From IMG/VR virus record IMGVR_UViG_3300005512_000040, positions 1-57,231 of that record: a DNA stretch of 57,231 nucleotides; one strand, given 5' to 3'. How positions within the stretch are numbered: position 1 is the first letter of the stretch; every line of letters starts with the position of its first letter. The notes beneath the pieces are model-generated. The model was not told the origin of the DNA and searched no databases. It was given only the letters and a program-made list of their open reading frames with translations. The position numbers and the translations under genes were made by a program. This DNA comes from a virus (taxonomy: Duplodnaviria; Caudoviricetes). Shown one piece after another: positions 46,287-54,359 of the stretch.

Positions 46287-46778
46287 TCAATCCCTCGCAC
46301 AACAATCAGATTCAGCGGACGGAGTACCGCCGCTGATCTGGGCGTTCGCAACATCGCACGGCTTCCCGCACTCGGTACACTCGTGCCAGCGCGTTACGTT
46401 GCCGCGCACGACAACAGGCGCGTGACAGCAGGTGGAGGACTTGCCATCAATGCAGATTGCCGCACTTGCGTCCCAACCCTTGCGCGCCGTAACGTCGTTC
46501 AGCCACGCAACAAGCTCGTCTACGCTCTTGATTACCACAGCCTGACCGCGCCACGCCTCGTGCCACTCAACCTGCAACTCGTTCAGTTTCGACTTGCTCG
46601 GGCACTTGCTGCCGTCCTTTACTTCAACCAGGTAGTTGCGCCCGCTGTGCCCGACCAGCAAGTCGGGCACACCAGCACCGACAGCCTTAAGGTCGCACAC
46701 CGTCGCACCAACCTTGCGCAGTACGTCCACAATCTGCTTGTGATTGGCGTCTGGTTTGCCGTACTTCCTTGCGTTCAC
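46287..46778 (-). CDS. VRR-NUC-like nuclease with Cys-rich C-terminal extension
   Basis: DANHKQIV..LR..G...GVPDLLVG...LVEVKDG. Confidence 0.85.
   Translation of the reverse strand: MNARKYGKPDANHKQIVDVLRKVGATVCDLKAVGAGVPDLLVGHSGRNYLVEVKDGSKCPSKSKLNELQVEWHEAWRGQAVVIKSVDELVAWLNDVTARKGWDASAAICIDGKSSTCCHAPVVVRGNVTRWHECTECGKPCDVANAQISGGTPSAESDCCARD
46297..46350 (+). repeat. attC-like site (54 bp)
   Basis: GCACAAC-AATCA-GATTCAGCGG-ACGGAGTACCG-CCGCTGATC-TGGGC-GTTCGCA. Confidence 0.88.
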
Positions 46779-46978
46779 AGCACCCCTCCCAGCACCAGCG
46801 CGAGCATGATTGCCGCAAGTAGCGCCGCCAACTCAACGCGGCGTATGCGGTTGTCTTCGCGCTCCTTGGTCGTGTTTGACCACGTATCGGCTGGGCAGTT
46901 CGCGCACCGCAGCCGTCCGGTCGGGTCTGCCATGTGCCAATCGTGCAGTCCTATGCGGCACTTGAGCGGCGTTTTCAT
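46775..46978 (-). CDS. Small protein with C-terminal TM
   Basis: CRIGLHDW...CANC; hydrophobic end. Confidence 0.6.
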   Translation of the reverse strand: MKTPLKCRIGLHDWHMADPTGRLRCANCPADTWSNTTKEREDNRIRRVELAALLAAIMLALVLGGVL

Positions 46979-47391
46979 GCGGCGTCCTCCACATCGTCAA
47001 GCGGCTGTACGGTGTAGTCTGCGCGCTTGCTTCGTGTCGTTGTCAGTTTCAGGCTCAGCGGTTCGTCAATGCCGCTTACGTGCGATATGCGGATGCCGCC
47101 TACCTCGACGCCGCCGAACTTCACGGTCGGATCGCCGTACAACGTCATGCGTTGCCCTACCCAATCCTTGCCCTTGTCGCCCCATGCCGCAATCAGGACG
47201 CGGCGCATAGACTTGCACGGTCTGAATACGCGGTCCATTTCTGCCAGCACCACGTCAACGGGCTGCTCTGCCGCGCCTTGTCTGAGCGTGCTGACCGTCA
47301 CTGTCAACGGCGCTTTTGCCACGTCGTCAAAGTTCAACTGATCCGACTTGGGCCGAATCGTGTCTCTCAGGCTCATTGCTTTCTCGGTCAT
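46975..47391 (-). CDS. Conserved phage recombination-module protein (KSDQLN..DD type)
   Basis: PKSDQLNFDD...PCKSMRRVL...WG...GGIRISH; adjacent to the exonuclease. Confidence 0.7.
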   Translation of the reverse strand: MTEKAMSLRDTIRPKSDQLNFDDVAKAPLTVTVSTLRQGAAEQPVDVVLAEMDRVFRPCKSMRRVLIAAWGDKGKDWVGQRMTLYGDPTVKFGGVEVGGIRISHVSGIDEPLSLKLTTTRSKRADYTVQPLDDVEDAA

Positions 47392-48200
47392 GTCAACCCC
47401 TCCATGTTCACTGTTGCATCCTCCCCGCCGCAAGCCCACGACGGCAGCGCGTAGTCCTCTATCATTTCGGTCACGCCGGGAAACGAACCGGCAGCCTCGC
47501 AAGCCCTGTAACGCGCCGCAATCTCTATTGCCTCGTCACGCCCCTGCTCAAGTATTGGGAACGGCACGCGGTACACAGAGCAGTCATACGGTGGGTCTTG
47601 CTCAATGGCAATGACGTGGAACGGCAGCGATCCGTCACCCGTTGCGAGTCGTGCGCCCGTCCAGTACCATCCGAACTGCAAATGGTATCCCATGTTGTAG
47701 CACGTCCGCTCAAACGCGCTAGGCGCAATCTGCTTGGTGGTCTTCACGTCGAACAGGCCAACGCGCTTGTCGAACCCGTCAAAGCGCGCCTTGCCTTTGC
47801 CGTACCGCTTGCCCTCCCAATAGCAACTTACCTCGTGCTCGCTGTTGGCTATCAGGTGGTGTGCGTCGTGGTTTGCGTGTACCGCAGCCGAAATCTCAAA
47901 CAGAGCGGCGTGCGTGTCGCTTGTGACAATCCACTCTGGATCGTGCGACACCGCTGCGTCCTTGTACTGCTTTGAGTTGCGCGGCGCGTCGAGCACAAGC
48001 AACTGACCGGACAGCAATTTCGGCTCAAGTATCGCCGCGTGTATCAGCGTTCCGAGTTTCATTGCTGGTGACTGCGGTTTGCGTGGGCCAACAATGGCGT
48101 GGCGCATGTGCTTCATTGACTTGACGCCAGCCTTGATTGCCGTCGCGCTCATACCTGGCGCGCGTATGTACTCGTCAAACGGTATTCCTGCCTGCATCAT
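47388..48200 (-). CDS. RecE/ExoVIII-like PD-(D/E)xK exonuclease (DUF3799-like)
   Basis: LGTLIHAAILEP...KARFD...DVKTT...YHLQFGWY. Confidence 0.85.
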   Translation of the reverse strand: MMQAGIPFDEYIRAPGMSATAIKAGVKSMKHMRHAIVGPRKPQSPAMKLGTLIHAAILEPKLLSGQLLVLDAPRNSKQYKDAAVSHDPEWIVTSDTHAALFEISAAVHANHDAHHLIANSEHEVSCYWEGKRYGKGKARFDGFDKRVGLFDVKTTKQIAPSAFERTCYNMGYHLQFGWYWTGARLATGDGSLPFHVIAIEQDPPYDCSVYRVPFPILEQGRDEAIEIAARYRACEAAGSFPGVTEMIEDYALPSWACGGEDATVNMEGLT

Positions 48201-48223
48201 GCTTCCGCGCCTCCCTCCGCGCC

Positions 48224-48493
48224 TCACTCCGTGCTTTCAATCCTATCGTCGCCGCTCTCGTGCCTATCCCACATTACGTCCTCGCTGTCAAGCTCGCGCC
48301 AGTTCGTGCGCCTGTGCGCACCAGTACCGATTGACGACCAGCCAGACTCCGGCGTGGCTTCTACACGCGCTCCCCAACGCTTGTTGTTGCGAGCCTCGGT
48401 CACTCTGCACGCCTTGCGGTTGCAGTATCGCGCGAATGTCTCCGTGATAAACCGCCGTCCGCAGTGCTGGCATGTGACGTGTCGCATTATCAT
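48224..48493 (-). CDS. Zn-finger hypothetical protein
   Basis: CQHCG..F.....YCNRKAC. Confidence 0.65.
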   Translation of the reverse strand: MIMRHVTCQHCGRRFITETFARYCNRKACRVTEARNNKRWGARVEATPESGWSSIGTGAHRRTNWRELDSEDVMWDRHESGDDRIESTE

Positions 48494-48497
48494 AGCC

Positions 48498-48689
48498 CTA
48501 CCGCCTCCCGCTCTTGGTTGGGTCTTCCGCGCCCCATGTCTGTATTGTCGTCAGCGGCGCGTGATCGCCCATGTGCTCAATGGCCGACTCCGCGATGTCG
48601 GCAATCTGCTCGCACCTGTCGTCTGCGTCTGTGTCGTGGTCGCATGCGAGCGAGTAAATGTCAACGATGCACTGGTCTAGGTTTGCCAT
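48498..48689 (-). CDS. Hypothetical protein
   Basis: AAGGA RBS, downstream of the attC at 48718. Confidence 0.6.
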   Translation of the reverse strand: MANLDQCIVDIYSLACDHDTDADDRCEQIADIAESAIEHMGDHAPLTTIQTWGAEDPTKSGRR

Positions 48690-48717
48690 TGTGTTCCTTT
48701 CCTCTTAGCGGACAGTT

Positions 48718-48788
48718 GCCGAACCAGCGGATGGACAACTACCTTCATTCGCTGCGCTCATTTCGGAGTGTCATCCTTTCCGTTCCAC
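48718..48788 (+). repeat. Solitary attC-like site (71 bp)
   Basis: GCCGAAC-CAGCG-GATGGACAACT...AGTGTCATC-CTTTCC-GTTCCAC; arms homologous to the site at 42983. Confidence 0.8.
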
Positions 48789-49021
48789 CCGTGCAGCACC
48801 TTTGCCGCGACGGTCTGCACGTCGAACCGCAGCTTGGCCACGCGGTCGGTTTCGTCGATGGTGCATGGCGCGGCGATGGCACGCACGTCAATCATTACGT
48901 CGCCAACGTCGAGCGGTATGCAACACGCAACGCCCTTGCTGCCGTCAAACCTCTTGAACTCGAATGGCTTTCCTCGGTGCAGCCTGTTGCCAGCCTCGAC
49001 CATTTTGTTTGCGTCAGTCAT
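48758..49021 (-). CDS. Hypothetical protein
   Basis: AGGAGG RBS; ends inside the attC (WNGKDDTPK). Confidence 0.6.
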   Translation of the reverse strand: MTDANKMVEAGNRLHRGKPFEFKRFDGSKGVACCIPLDVGDVMIDVRAIAAPCTIDETDRVAKLRFDVQTVAAKVLHGWNGKDDTPK

Positions 49022-49126
49022 TTGGTTGTCCCTCCTGTCAACATGCGCAAACCATAGCACAACTGGCCGCCCGTGCAAGCGAAAAGTTTGCCGAAAATCA
49101 CGACGAAAAAAAATGCAGAAAGGGGG

Positions 49127-49156
49127 TTGACAACATGCAGCGGCGTGGGCTATTGT
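49127..49156 (+). promoter_or_regulatory. Sigma70-like promoter in the divergent control region
   Basis: A-tract, then TTGACA-N18-TATTGT. Confidence 0.55.
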
Positions 49157-49567
49157 TCGCGTGTCGACTGGGAGAAGCAGCAAGGAGGAGGCACCATGAG
49201 CACGACCGCAGAAAACAAGCAACAGCATCCTCCCGAGTGGGTGGAGCGCGCCATATTCGTTCTTGCGTTTGTCGGCGCGGTCTGGTGGGTTTGCGAAGTG
49301 GCGGCGCGTATGTTCGTGCCGTGGAACTGACGAGGGAGGATTGGTGTGGCAAACACTAGGAGGACCGACCATGCGACGGCTAATCCGAAAAGCAATACAG
49401 TGGTTCGAGATGGCGAGGGGCCTATGGTATCTCGCAAACCTGCCAACAGGCGAGTGGGAGTGCGCGGACGGCAGCACGCCAGAGGGCGCGTACAGGGGAA
49501 AGCAGTGCGGGGATGTGTGAGAACGCTGGCATTGAGCGGACAATGAAGCCGCAGAAGGAGGACTGAC

Positions 49568-49825
49568 GTGGACAACAACGATGGCGCGGCTTCATTGGTA
49601 CGCTCGGATGCTTTGTTGGGCTCCCTGTTCGACGGAGCGGCATACGTCGGCATTCACAAGAACGCAGCAGGGCGCATCACGCTTGTCGTCAATCACGGCG
49701 ACGGCTCCATGCGGACCTCGTGCAGCAAGAAGGGCCTCAGCTACGCGGACAAGCTGATTGAGTGCCGCAACCGTTTGTCCGAGACGCCCAACGCCGGGAG
49801 TCACCGGCAGGAGGAAGCGCGATGA
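49568..49825 (+). CDS. Cassette hypothetical protein
   Basis: AGGAGG and GTG inside the attC at 49518. Confidence 0.65.
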   Translation: MDNNDGAASLVRSDALLGSLFDGAAYVGIHKNAAGRITLVVNHGDGSMRTSCSKKGLSYADKLIECRNRLSETPNAGSHRQEEAR

Positions 49826-50103
49826 GGGAATGGGTTTGCAAACGATGTGGAACGTTCAACAGAGGAGTCCCGCGTTGCGAGAGATGTTGCGCGCTTCCTC
49901 CTGTACGGTCGGACTCCTTGTTCGATGTCCTGGTGGCTATTGTCAACACGGCGCAGACATGCCCCGACCGCTGCATGGCTGACGTGTGCAACGACAACTT
50001 CGCCGTGCATGGCGTGAACCTTCGGGCCGAGATGACCGACAACGAGGACGCGCCGGTCAGGATCGAGAGGACATCGAACGACAGCAATGAGCGGCAGCTT
50101 TAG
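49822..50103 (+). CDS. Cassette protein with N-terminal Zn-ribbon
   Basis: WVCKRCG...CERC encoded in the attC loop. Confidence 0.7.
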   Translation: MREWVCKRCGTFNRGVPRCERCCALPPVRSDSLFDVLVAIVNTAQTCPDRCMADVCNDNFAVHGVNLRAEMTDNEDAPVRIERTSNDSNERQL

Positions 50104-50157
50104 CTGTACGCTCCATTGGCCTTGTTGGGCAATCCCAGCGAGGCCGGAAAGGACAAG

Positions 50158-50451
50158 ATGAGACTGAGACGACAGATTAGACGGATGATGAGCCCGGTTG
50201 ATATTCTCCAATTCAGCCAGTTTACGATCGACTGGTTACAAGAGTTAGACGAGGCTGACGCGCACGGCGATACGACCGGCGACGAGCAGACTGACAACCT
50301 CGCCCTTGCCTACGAAATCGACACGATCCGCGAAGTCTTGCGCTACGGCAGCGACAAGGCGCTGTTCGATATGATGGCGGCATACGCACGGATCTGTATG
50401 CCCAACGATGATCCTCACGTTTCCGACGTGAGCACAGCGAACAAAGGATAA
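50158..50451 (+). CDS. Cassette hypothetical protein
   Basis: Ends PNDDPHVSDVSTANKG inside the attC. Confidence 0.65.
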   Translation: MRLRRQIRRMMSPVDILQFSQFTIDWLQELDEADAHGDTTGDEQTDNLALAYEIDTIREVLRYGSDKALFDMMAAYARICMPNDDPHVSDVSTANKG

Positions 50452-50606
50452 CGTGGAGGATTTTGTTGTGTGTCCGCGATGCGAAGAATGGAGCTTGCCA
50501 ATGTGCCTGATACGGACAACAGATGACGCATTGGTTGGCATGGGAATATCCGTAGCCCATGCATCGGGTGTGACTCCCGGCGCGGACTCCTTTTGTATAC
50601 ACAACG
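50400..50606. repeat. Duplicated cassette, copy 1
   Basis: 207 bp identical to 51502-51708 except one base seen (50408/51510). Confidence 0.95.
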
Positions 50607-50644
50607 TCCGGCCTGACGCGCCGGGCGAGAAAGGTGCGACATGA
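50453..50644 (+). CDS. Cassette peptide, copy 1
   Basis: GTG start inside the attC; CPRC motif. Confidence 0.6.
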   Translation: MEDFVVCPRCEEWSLPMCLIRTTDDALVGMGISVAHASGVTPGADSFCIHNVRPDAPGEKGAT

Positions 50645-50982
50645 CCAAGGCGGCTATACCCGGTCGCGTCGAGGCCGTTGTTCTCCACCTGGTTCTGACG
50701 CACCATTGGTTCGACGAGATGATCGCCGGCCGCAAGTGGACCGAGTACCGCAAGGTTACGCCACACTGGACGCGGCTGATATGGGACCGCCGCGACAAGA
50801 TCACGCACGCCCGGTTCAGCCGGGGCTACACGGCGCAGCGGATCATCCGCCGCGTGGAGCAGATCACGATAGGCCCGTGCCCCTACGACGGGTGGCCGGG
50901 GCAATACTACCGCATAGACCTCGGGGAGGTCCGTGTGGAGAACGACCGTCTTCACGGTCGAGGAAAGAGCGATAGCGAATGA
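50641..50982 (+). CDS. ASCH/PUA-like domain protein, paralogue 1
   Basis: LHLVL..HWFDEMIAGRKWTEYR...FSRGY. Confidence 0.8.
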   Translation: MTKAAIPGRVEAVVLHLVLTHHWFDEMIAGRKWTEYRKVTPHWTRLIWDRRDKITHARFSRGYTAQRIIRRVEQITIGPCPYDGWPGQYYRIDLGEVRVENDRLHGRGKSDSE

Positions 50983-51188
50983 CGAGTACCGTGCAAGACT
51001 TGGTTGTGCCCCTGTGGCCGTCCCGTTGCTTCTGGGGCTTCTGCCGGCACGAGATTCGCAAAGGTCTTATGTTTCGCTACTGGATCACGCTTCCGGCGAT
51101 CTGGCAGCGCGAACTGCAATTCCGCCGCGAGCTGACAGAGTGTTTGAATGGGCACAACGATTTGAATGAGGGGCGCAATGAAGGATAA
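50979..51188 (+). CDS. Cassette hypothetical protein
   Basis: ATGA-coupled inside the attC at 50937. Confidence 0.6.
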   Translation: MTSTVQDLVVPLWPSRCFWGFCRHEIRKGLMFRYWITLPAIWQRELQFRRELTECLNGHNDLNEGRNEG

Positions 51189-51313
51189 ATGTTCCGCCAA
51201 TGCTGATGAACAAGCCATGGGCTTGAGGCAGGACGGTCGGTCAGTTGACCAGCCTTCATTGCGTACCCTCCATTCTCTTGTTGGGCATCCAAATCAATGA
51301 AAGGAACACGACC

Positions 51314-51553
51314 ATGCTGATTACGATTCCACTGAGACGAACGTATCTTGTACTGAGCACCTGCAACCGATTCCTGCACGTCTACCTGTCGCGTAACGCT
51401 ACGCCGTGGCATCACTCCCGCGTCAGCCTGTGGGGGCGGCGCAAATACAACCGCTACGCAGCGCACGTCGGGGACGACGGTTGCTGCTGCGAATCCTGTA
51501 AGCCCAACGCTGATCCTCACGTTTCCGACGTGAGCACAGCGAACAAAGGATAA
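51314..51553 (+). CDS. Cassette hypothetical protein
   Basis: AAGGA RBS; ends PNADPHVSDVSTANKG. Confidence 0.6.
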   Translation: MLITIPLRRTYLVLSTCNRFLHVYLSRNATPWHHSRVSLWGRRKYNRYAAHVGDDGCCCESCKPNADPHVSDVSTANKG

Positions 51554-51708
51554 CGTGGAGGATTTTGTTGTGTGTCCGCGATGCGAAGAATGGAGCTTGC
51601 CAATGTGCCTGATACGGACAACAGATGACGCATTGGTTGGCATGGGAATATCCGTAGCCCATGCATCGGGTGTGACTCCCGGCGCGGACTCCTTTTGTAT
51701 ACACAACG
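51502..51708. repeat. Duplicated cassette, copy 2 (ORF 51555-51728)
   Basis: See copy 1. Confidence 0.95.
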
Positions 51709-51724
51709 CGGAGGTGACTGGACG

Positions 51725-52045
51725 ATGAGAGCGACAGCGAACAGCGGTACAGTCCACCGTCTTGTTCTCCACCTTGTCCTCACGGGAAGGTGGTTTGACA
51801 TGATGATGGGCGGTGTCAAAGACGTTGAGTATCGGGCAATCACGGAGCACTGGACGCGGTTGATTTGGAATCGCCGCGACAGGATCACACACGCCCGCTT
51901 TGCACGCGGGTACACGAAGGAAACCATCTTGCGTCCAGTGCGTCGCATCGACATTGGATCGTGTCCGTATGACGGATGGGATGGCGATTACTACAGGATT
52001 CACATGCCACCGATACAGGTGGAGAACGATGGGCGTCAGCCTTGA
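51725..52045 (+). CDS. ASCH/PUA-like domain protein, paralogue 2
   Basis: LHLVLTGRWFDMMMGGVKDVEYR...FARGY. Confidence 0.8.
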   Translation: MRATANSGTVHRLVLHLVLTGRWFDMMMGGVKDVEYRAITEHWTRLIWNRRDRITHARFARGYTKETILRPVRRIDIGSCPYDGWDGDYYRIHMPPIQVENDGRQP

Positions 52046-52104
52046 GCGAATAGCGAATAGGCTGGACGCCTTTGTTGGGCGGCCGGTCAGAAAGGGAAAC
52101 AACG

Positions 52105-52350
52105 ATGAAACTGTGCAAAGACTGCAAATGGCGTGACGGACACAGGTGCGTTGCGCCGCAAAACTCTTCCGGAGTTGACCCGGTTGACGGCGGCAAGGCG
52201 TCTGGATGGATTATGACGTGCCAGGCGCAACGCACTGGAACGTTTACGGGGTGGTTTTGGTGCCGCGTAACAAGGCTGTGCGGGAAAGAGGCTAGATGGT
52301 TCACGCCCAACGTAGCGCTCACGAGCGCCGACGAAGGAGGCGTATCGTGA
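52105..52350 (+). CDS. Cassette Cys-rich protein
   Basis: MKLCKDCKW...C...CGKEARWF. Confidence 0.7.
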   Translation: MKLCKDCKWRDGHRCVAPQNSSGVDPVDGGKASGWIMTCQAQRTGTFTGWFWCRVTRLCGKEARWFTPNVALTSADEGGVS

Positions 52351-52544
52351 AGCGCATGGTTGTGCGTCTGCTTTGCCGCCACGACTGGCGCGAACATACC
52401 GTTCTCGGAGTTGGGGATCACGAGTTTTCCGATCTACGCTCTTGCACCAAATGCACGGCCAGCAAGCTCTTGTTTTCTGGCACGCGGAAACAGTGGAGAC
52501 AACATCACGGCTACGATACGCACAACATTGCAATATCGAGTTAG
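52347..52544 (+). CDS. Cassette small Zn-binding protein
   Basis: AGGAGG and GTG inside the attC at 52305; LCRHDW...CTKC. Confidence 0.65.
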   Translation: MKRMVVRLLCRHDWREHTVLGVGDHEFSDLRSCTKCTASKLLFSGTRKQWRQHHGYDTHNIAISS

Positions 52545-52607
52545 GTTTCTTGCTGAACATGCGCAACCATCTACACGGCAACAGGCTACATAGAATGAGA
52601 GGGCAAC

Positions 52608-53501
52608 ATGGGAGATAAGGCACACGTGACGAATGGCGGCGGGAGGCCCTGGCGCATCCTTCTGGACGTGGACGGGGTACTGGCTGACTTCTACGGCGGG
52701 GCGTGCAGGGTGCACGGGGTTTCCAGGGAATCGCTCCCGGTGGGCCAGTGGGAGATGAGGCACGGTATGGGCATAAGTGAAGCTGCCTTCTGGGAGCCGC
52801 TGGACAACTACGACTTCTGGGTGGGGCTGCAAAAATACCCGTGGGCCGATAGTCTTGTGGCCTGCATGAAAACGGTTGCGGACGTGACGTTCTGCACCAC
52901 GCCATCCGTATCGTCGGACTGCCACAAGGCTAAGATGGACTGGATTCGTAAGCACTTCGGGGATGACGCCAAGGTGATGCTTGGCTCGCAGAAGTATCTC
53001 ATGGCCGCTCCGCGCCACATCCTGATTGATGACTACCACGCCAACGTGGACAAGTTCATTGCCGAGGGCGGCAAGGCCATCCTGTTTCCGGCCAGATGGA
53101 ACAAGTTACATGCAGTCCAAAAAGACAATGTTGATCACACCATCGACATCCTGAGTGCCATCATACAGGAATCCACGACCCCGCCCCCAATTTTCCCCGA
53201 GGGGGCGAGCGAGCGGCATGAATACCCTGTGTTCACGGGCCTGCTGGCTTATTTCCCGAGGGCCTGCGCGGCGGTGGCGAACGTGAGTTTCATTGGAAAT
53301 GAGCAGCATCAGCCGGGAGAGCCCATGCACTGGGCCAAGGAAAAGAGCATCGGCACAGGGGACCAGGTGGTCAGGCATACCATGCAAGGGGTGCTGGAGG
53401 GGTCCGCGTATCATTTGGCGCAGGCCGCTTGGCGGGCACTGGAACTGCTGGAGCGCAAGCTGTGCGGGATGCCGCCGTTCGGGGATCAACGTAGTGTTTG
53501 A
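52608..53501 (+). CDS. HAD 5'(3')-deoxyribonucleotidase-like domain fused to a DUF5664-like (dATP/dGTP diphosphohydrolase-like) domain
   Basis: LDVDGVLADF...CTTP...K..W...LIDD; then FPRA..AVA.VS..GN.QH.PG...W...RH...HLAQAAWRAL. Confidence 0.78.
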   Translation: MGDKAHVTNGGGRPWRILLDVDGVLADFYGGACRVHGVSRESLPVGQWEMRHGMGISEAAFWEPLDNYDFWVGLQKYPWADSLVACMKTVADVTFCTTPSVSSDCHKAKMDWIRKHFGDDAKVMLGSQKYLMAAPRHILIDDYHANVDKFIAEGGKAILFPARWNKLHAVQKDNVDHTIDILSAIIQESTTPPPIFPEGASERHEYPVFTGLLAYFPRACAAVANVSFIGNEQHQPGEPMHWAKEKSIGTGDQVVRHTMQGVLEGSAYHLAQAAWRALELLERKLCGMPPFGDQRSV

Positions 53502-53526
53502 CACTTGTTATACACTTGTGTACGGT
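53498..53526 (+). promoter_or_regulatory. Promoter with tandem ACACTTGT operator-like repeat
   Basis: TTGACA-N17-TACGGT; ACACTTGT twice within it. Confidence 0.6.
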
Positions 53527-53534
53527 GATTAGTC

Positions 53535-53717
53535 ATGGCGCAAAGAGAACTACTGACTGTCCGCGTGGACCCGCTGGTCCGCGCCCTGATTGAGAAGCAG
53601 GCCAAAAAGCTTGAGGGCAGTATGGGGTACATCGTCGAGTGCATGGCAATGCGCATGTTCGAGGCAGAACTACCCCCAGGCTACAGGCCGGGAAGGAGGT
53701 TGATAGACAATGACTAA
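53535..53717 (+). CDS. Ribbon-helix-helix-like regulator
   Basis: LTVRVDP....IEKQAK....SMGYIVE. Confidence 0.6.
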   Translation: MAQRELLTVRVDPLVRALIEKQAKKLEGSMGYIVECMAMRMFEAELPPGYRPGRRLIDND

Positions 53718-53912
53718 CCCCGCCACCCGACACGAGGGCTACCCCCTCCCCCGCCCCCCCGTCACGCTATACGGTGAGCACCAGCACCAGATTGAGTCGG
53801 TGCTGATTGGGCTTCTGGACAGGCACCCGGATGAGGGGGAAGCGGTGGACAGGATAAGGCGGGTAATGATCGAGCAAGTTCCTATGGACTTTAACCCCAC
53901 AAAGGAGGTATA

Positions 53913-54359
53913 ATGAGCAGCAAGTTCACAGAGTCCGAACTACGAGCGGCCCTAGCCGAGACCGGGGGAAACATGTCGGCAGCAGCCCGAATACTCGGGT
54001 GCGCCAAGAGTACGGTGCAGAAGGCCGTGGGGCGACACCCGGATTCCAAAGCGGAAAGGAGGGCGCACGTTGTACAAGAGCCAAGTGGTCCAGACATCAA
54101 GGTGGCGGCGGCTACGGGTGGCTTCAATCTCAAGGGGAAGACCCTGATGGCGAAAAAACCAACCGATGTGTGGGGGCCACGATTTAACGCACTGCGGACG
54201 GAAACTGGATACCCGCCTGATGTTCTTGCGAAGCAGTGGGGCGCATCCCTAGAGACTGTCAGAAAAAAGGCACGGGATGCCGGGGCGGTTAGATACACGG
54301 AACAGGATGGGCAGTACATCGAGGTGATTGTCCATCCCAAAACGAGAGGTGGAAAATGA
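53913..54359 (+). CDS. HTH (Fis-like) protein
   Basis: ALAETGGNMSAAARILGCAKSTV. Confidence 0.75.
   Translation: MSSKFTESELRAALAETGGNMSAAARILGCAKSTVQKAVGRHPDSKAERRAHVVQEPSGPDIKVAAATGGFNLKGKTLMAKKPTDVWGPRFNALRTETGYPPDVLAKQWGASLETVRKKARDAGAVRYTEQDGQYIEVIVHPKTRGGK

Larger units (their letters stand above)
44965..46350 (+). mobile_element. Integron-like cassette array 4 (2 cassettes); genes on -
   Basis: Sites at 44965, 45227 and 46297. Core pairs GTTGGGT(45020)/ACCCAAC(45227) and GTTGTGC(45280)/GCACAAC(46297). Confidence 0.85.
49518..52526 (-). mobile_element. Integron-like cassette array 5 (11 cassettes); genes on +
   Basis: attC-like sites at 49518-49621, 49786-49926, 50073-50130, 50400-50471, 50599-50686, 50937-51009, 51152-51286, 51502-51573, 51701-51770, 52021-52080 and 52305-52365; terminal core at 52520. 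All 11 core pairs are perfectly complementary. Confidence 0.92.

Noticed and set aside
48782-49327. Cassette bounded by GTTCCAC(48782)/GTGGAAC(49321)
   Set aside because: No hairpin follows 49321 and the interval spans a divergent promoter; probably chance.
49518-52526. CRISPR array or rho-independent terminators as an explanation of the periodic hairpins
   Set aside because: The repeats are not identical, the intervening units are ORFs, there are no U-tracts, and core complementarity across units fits cassettes.
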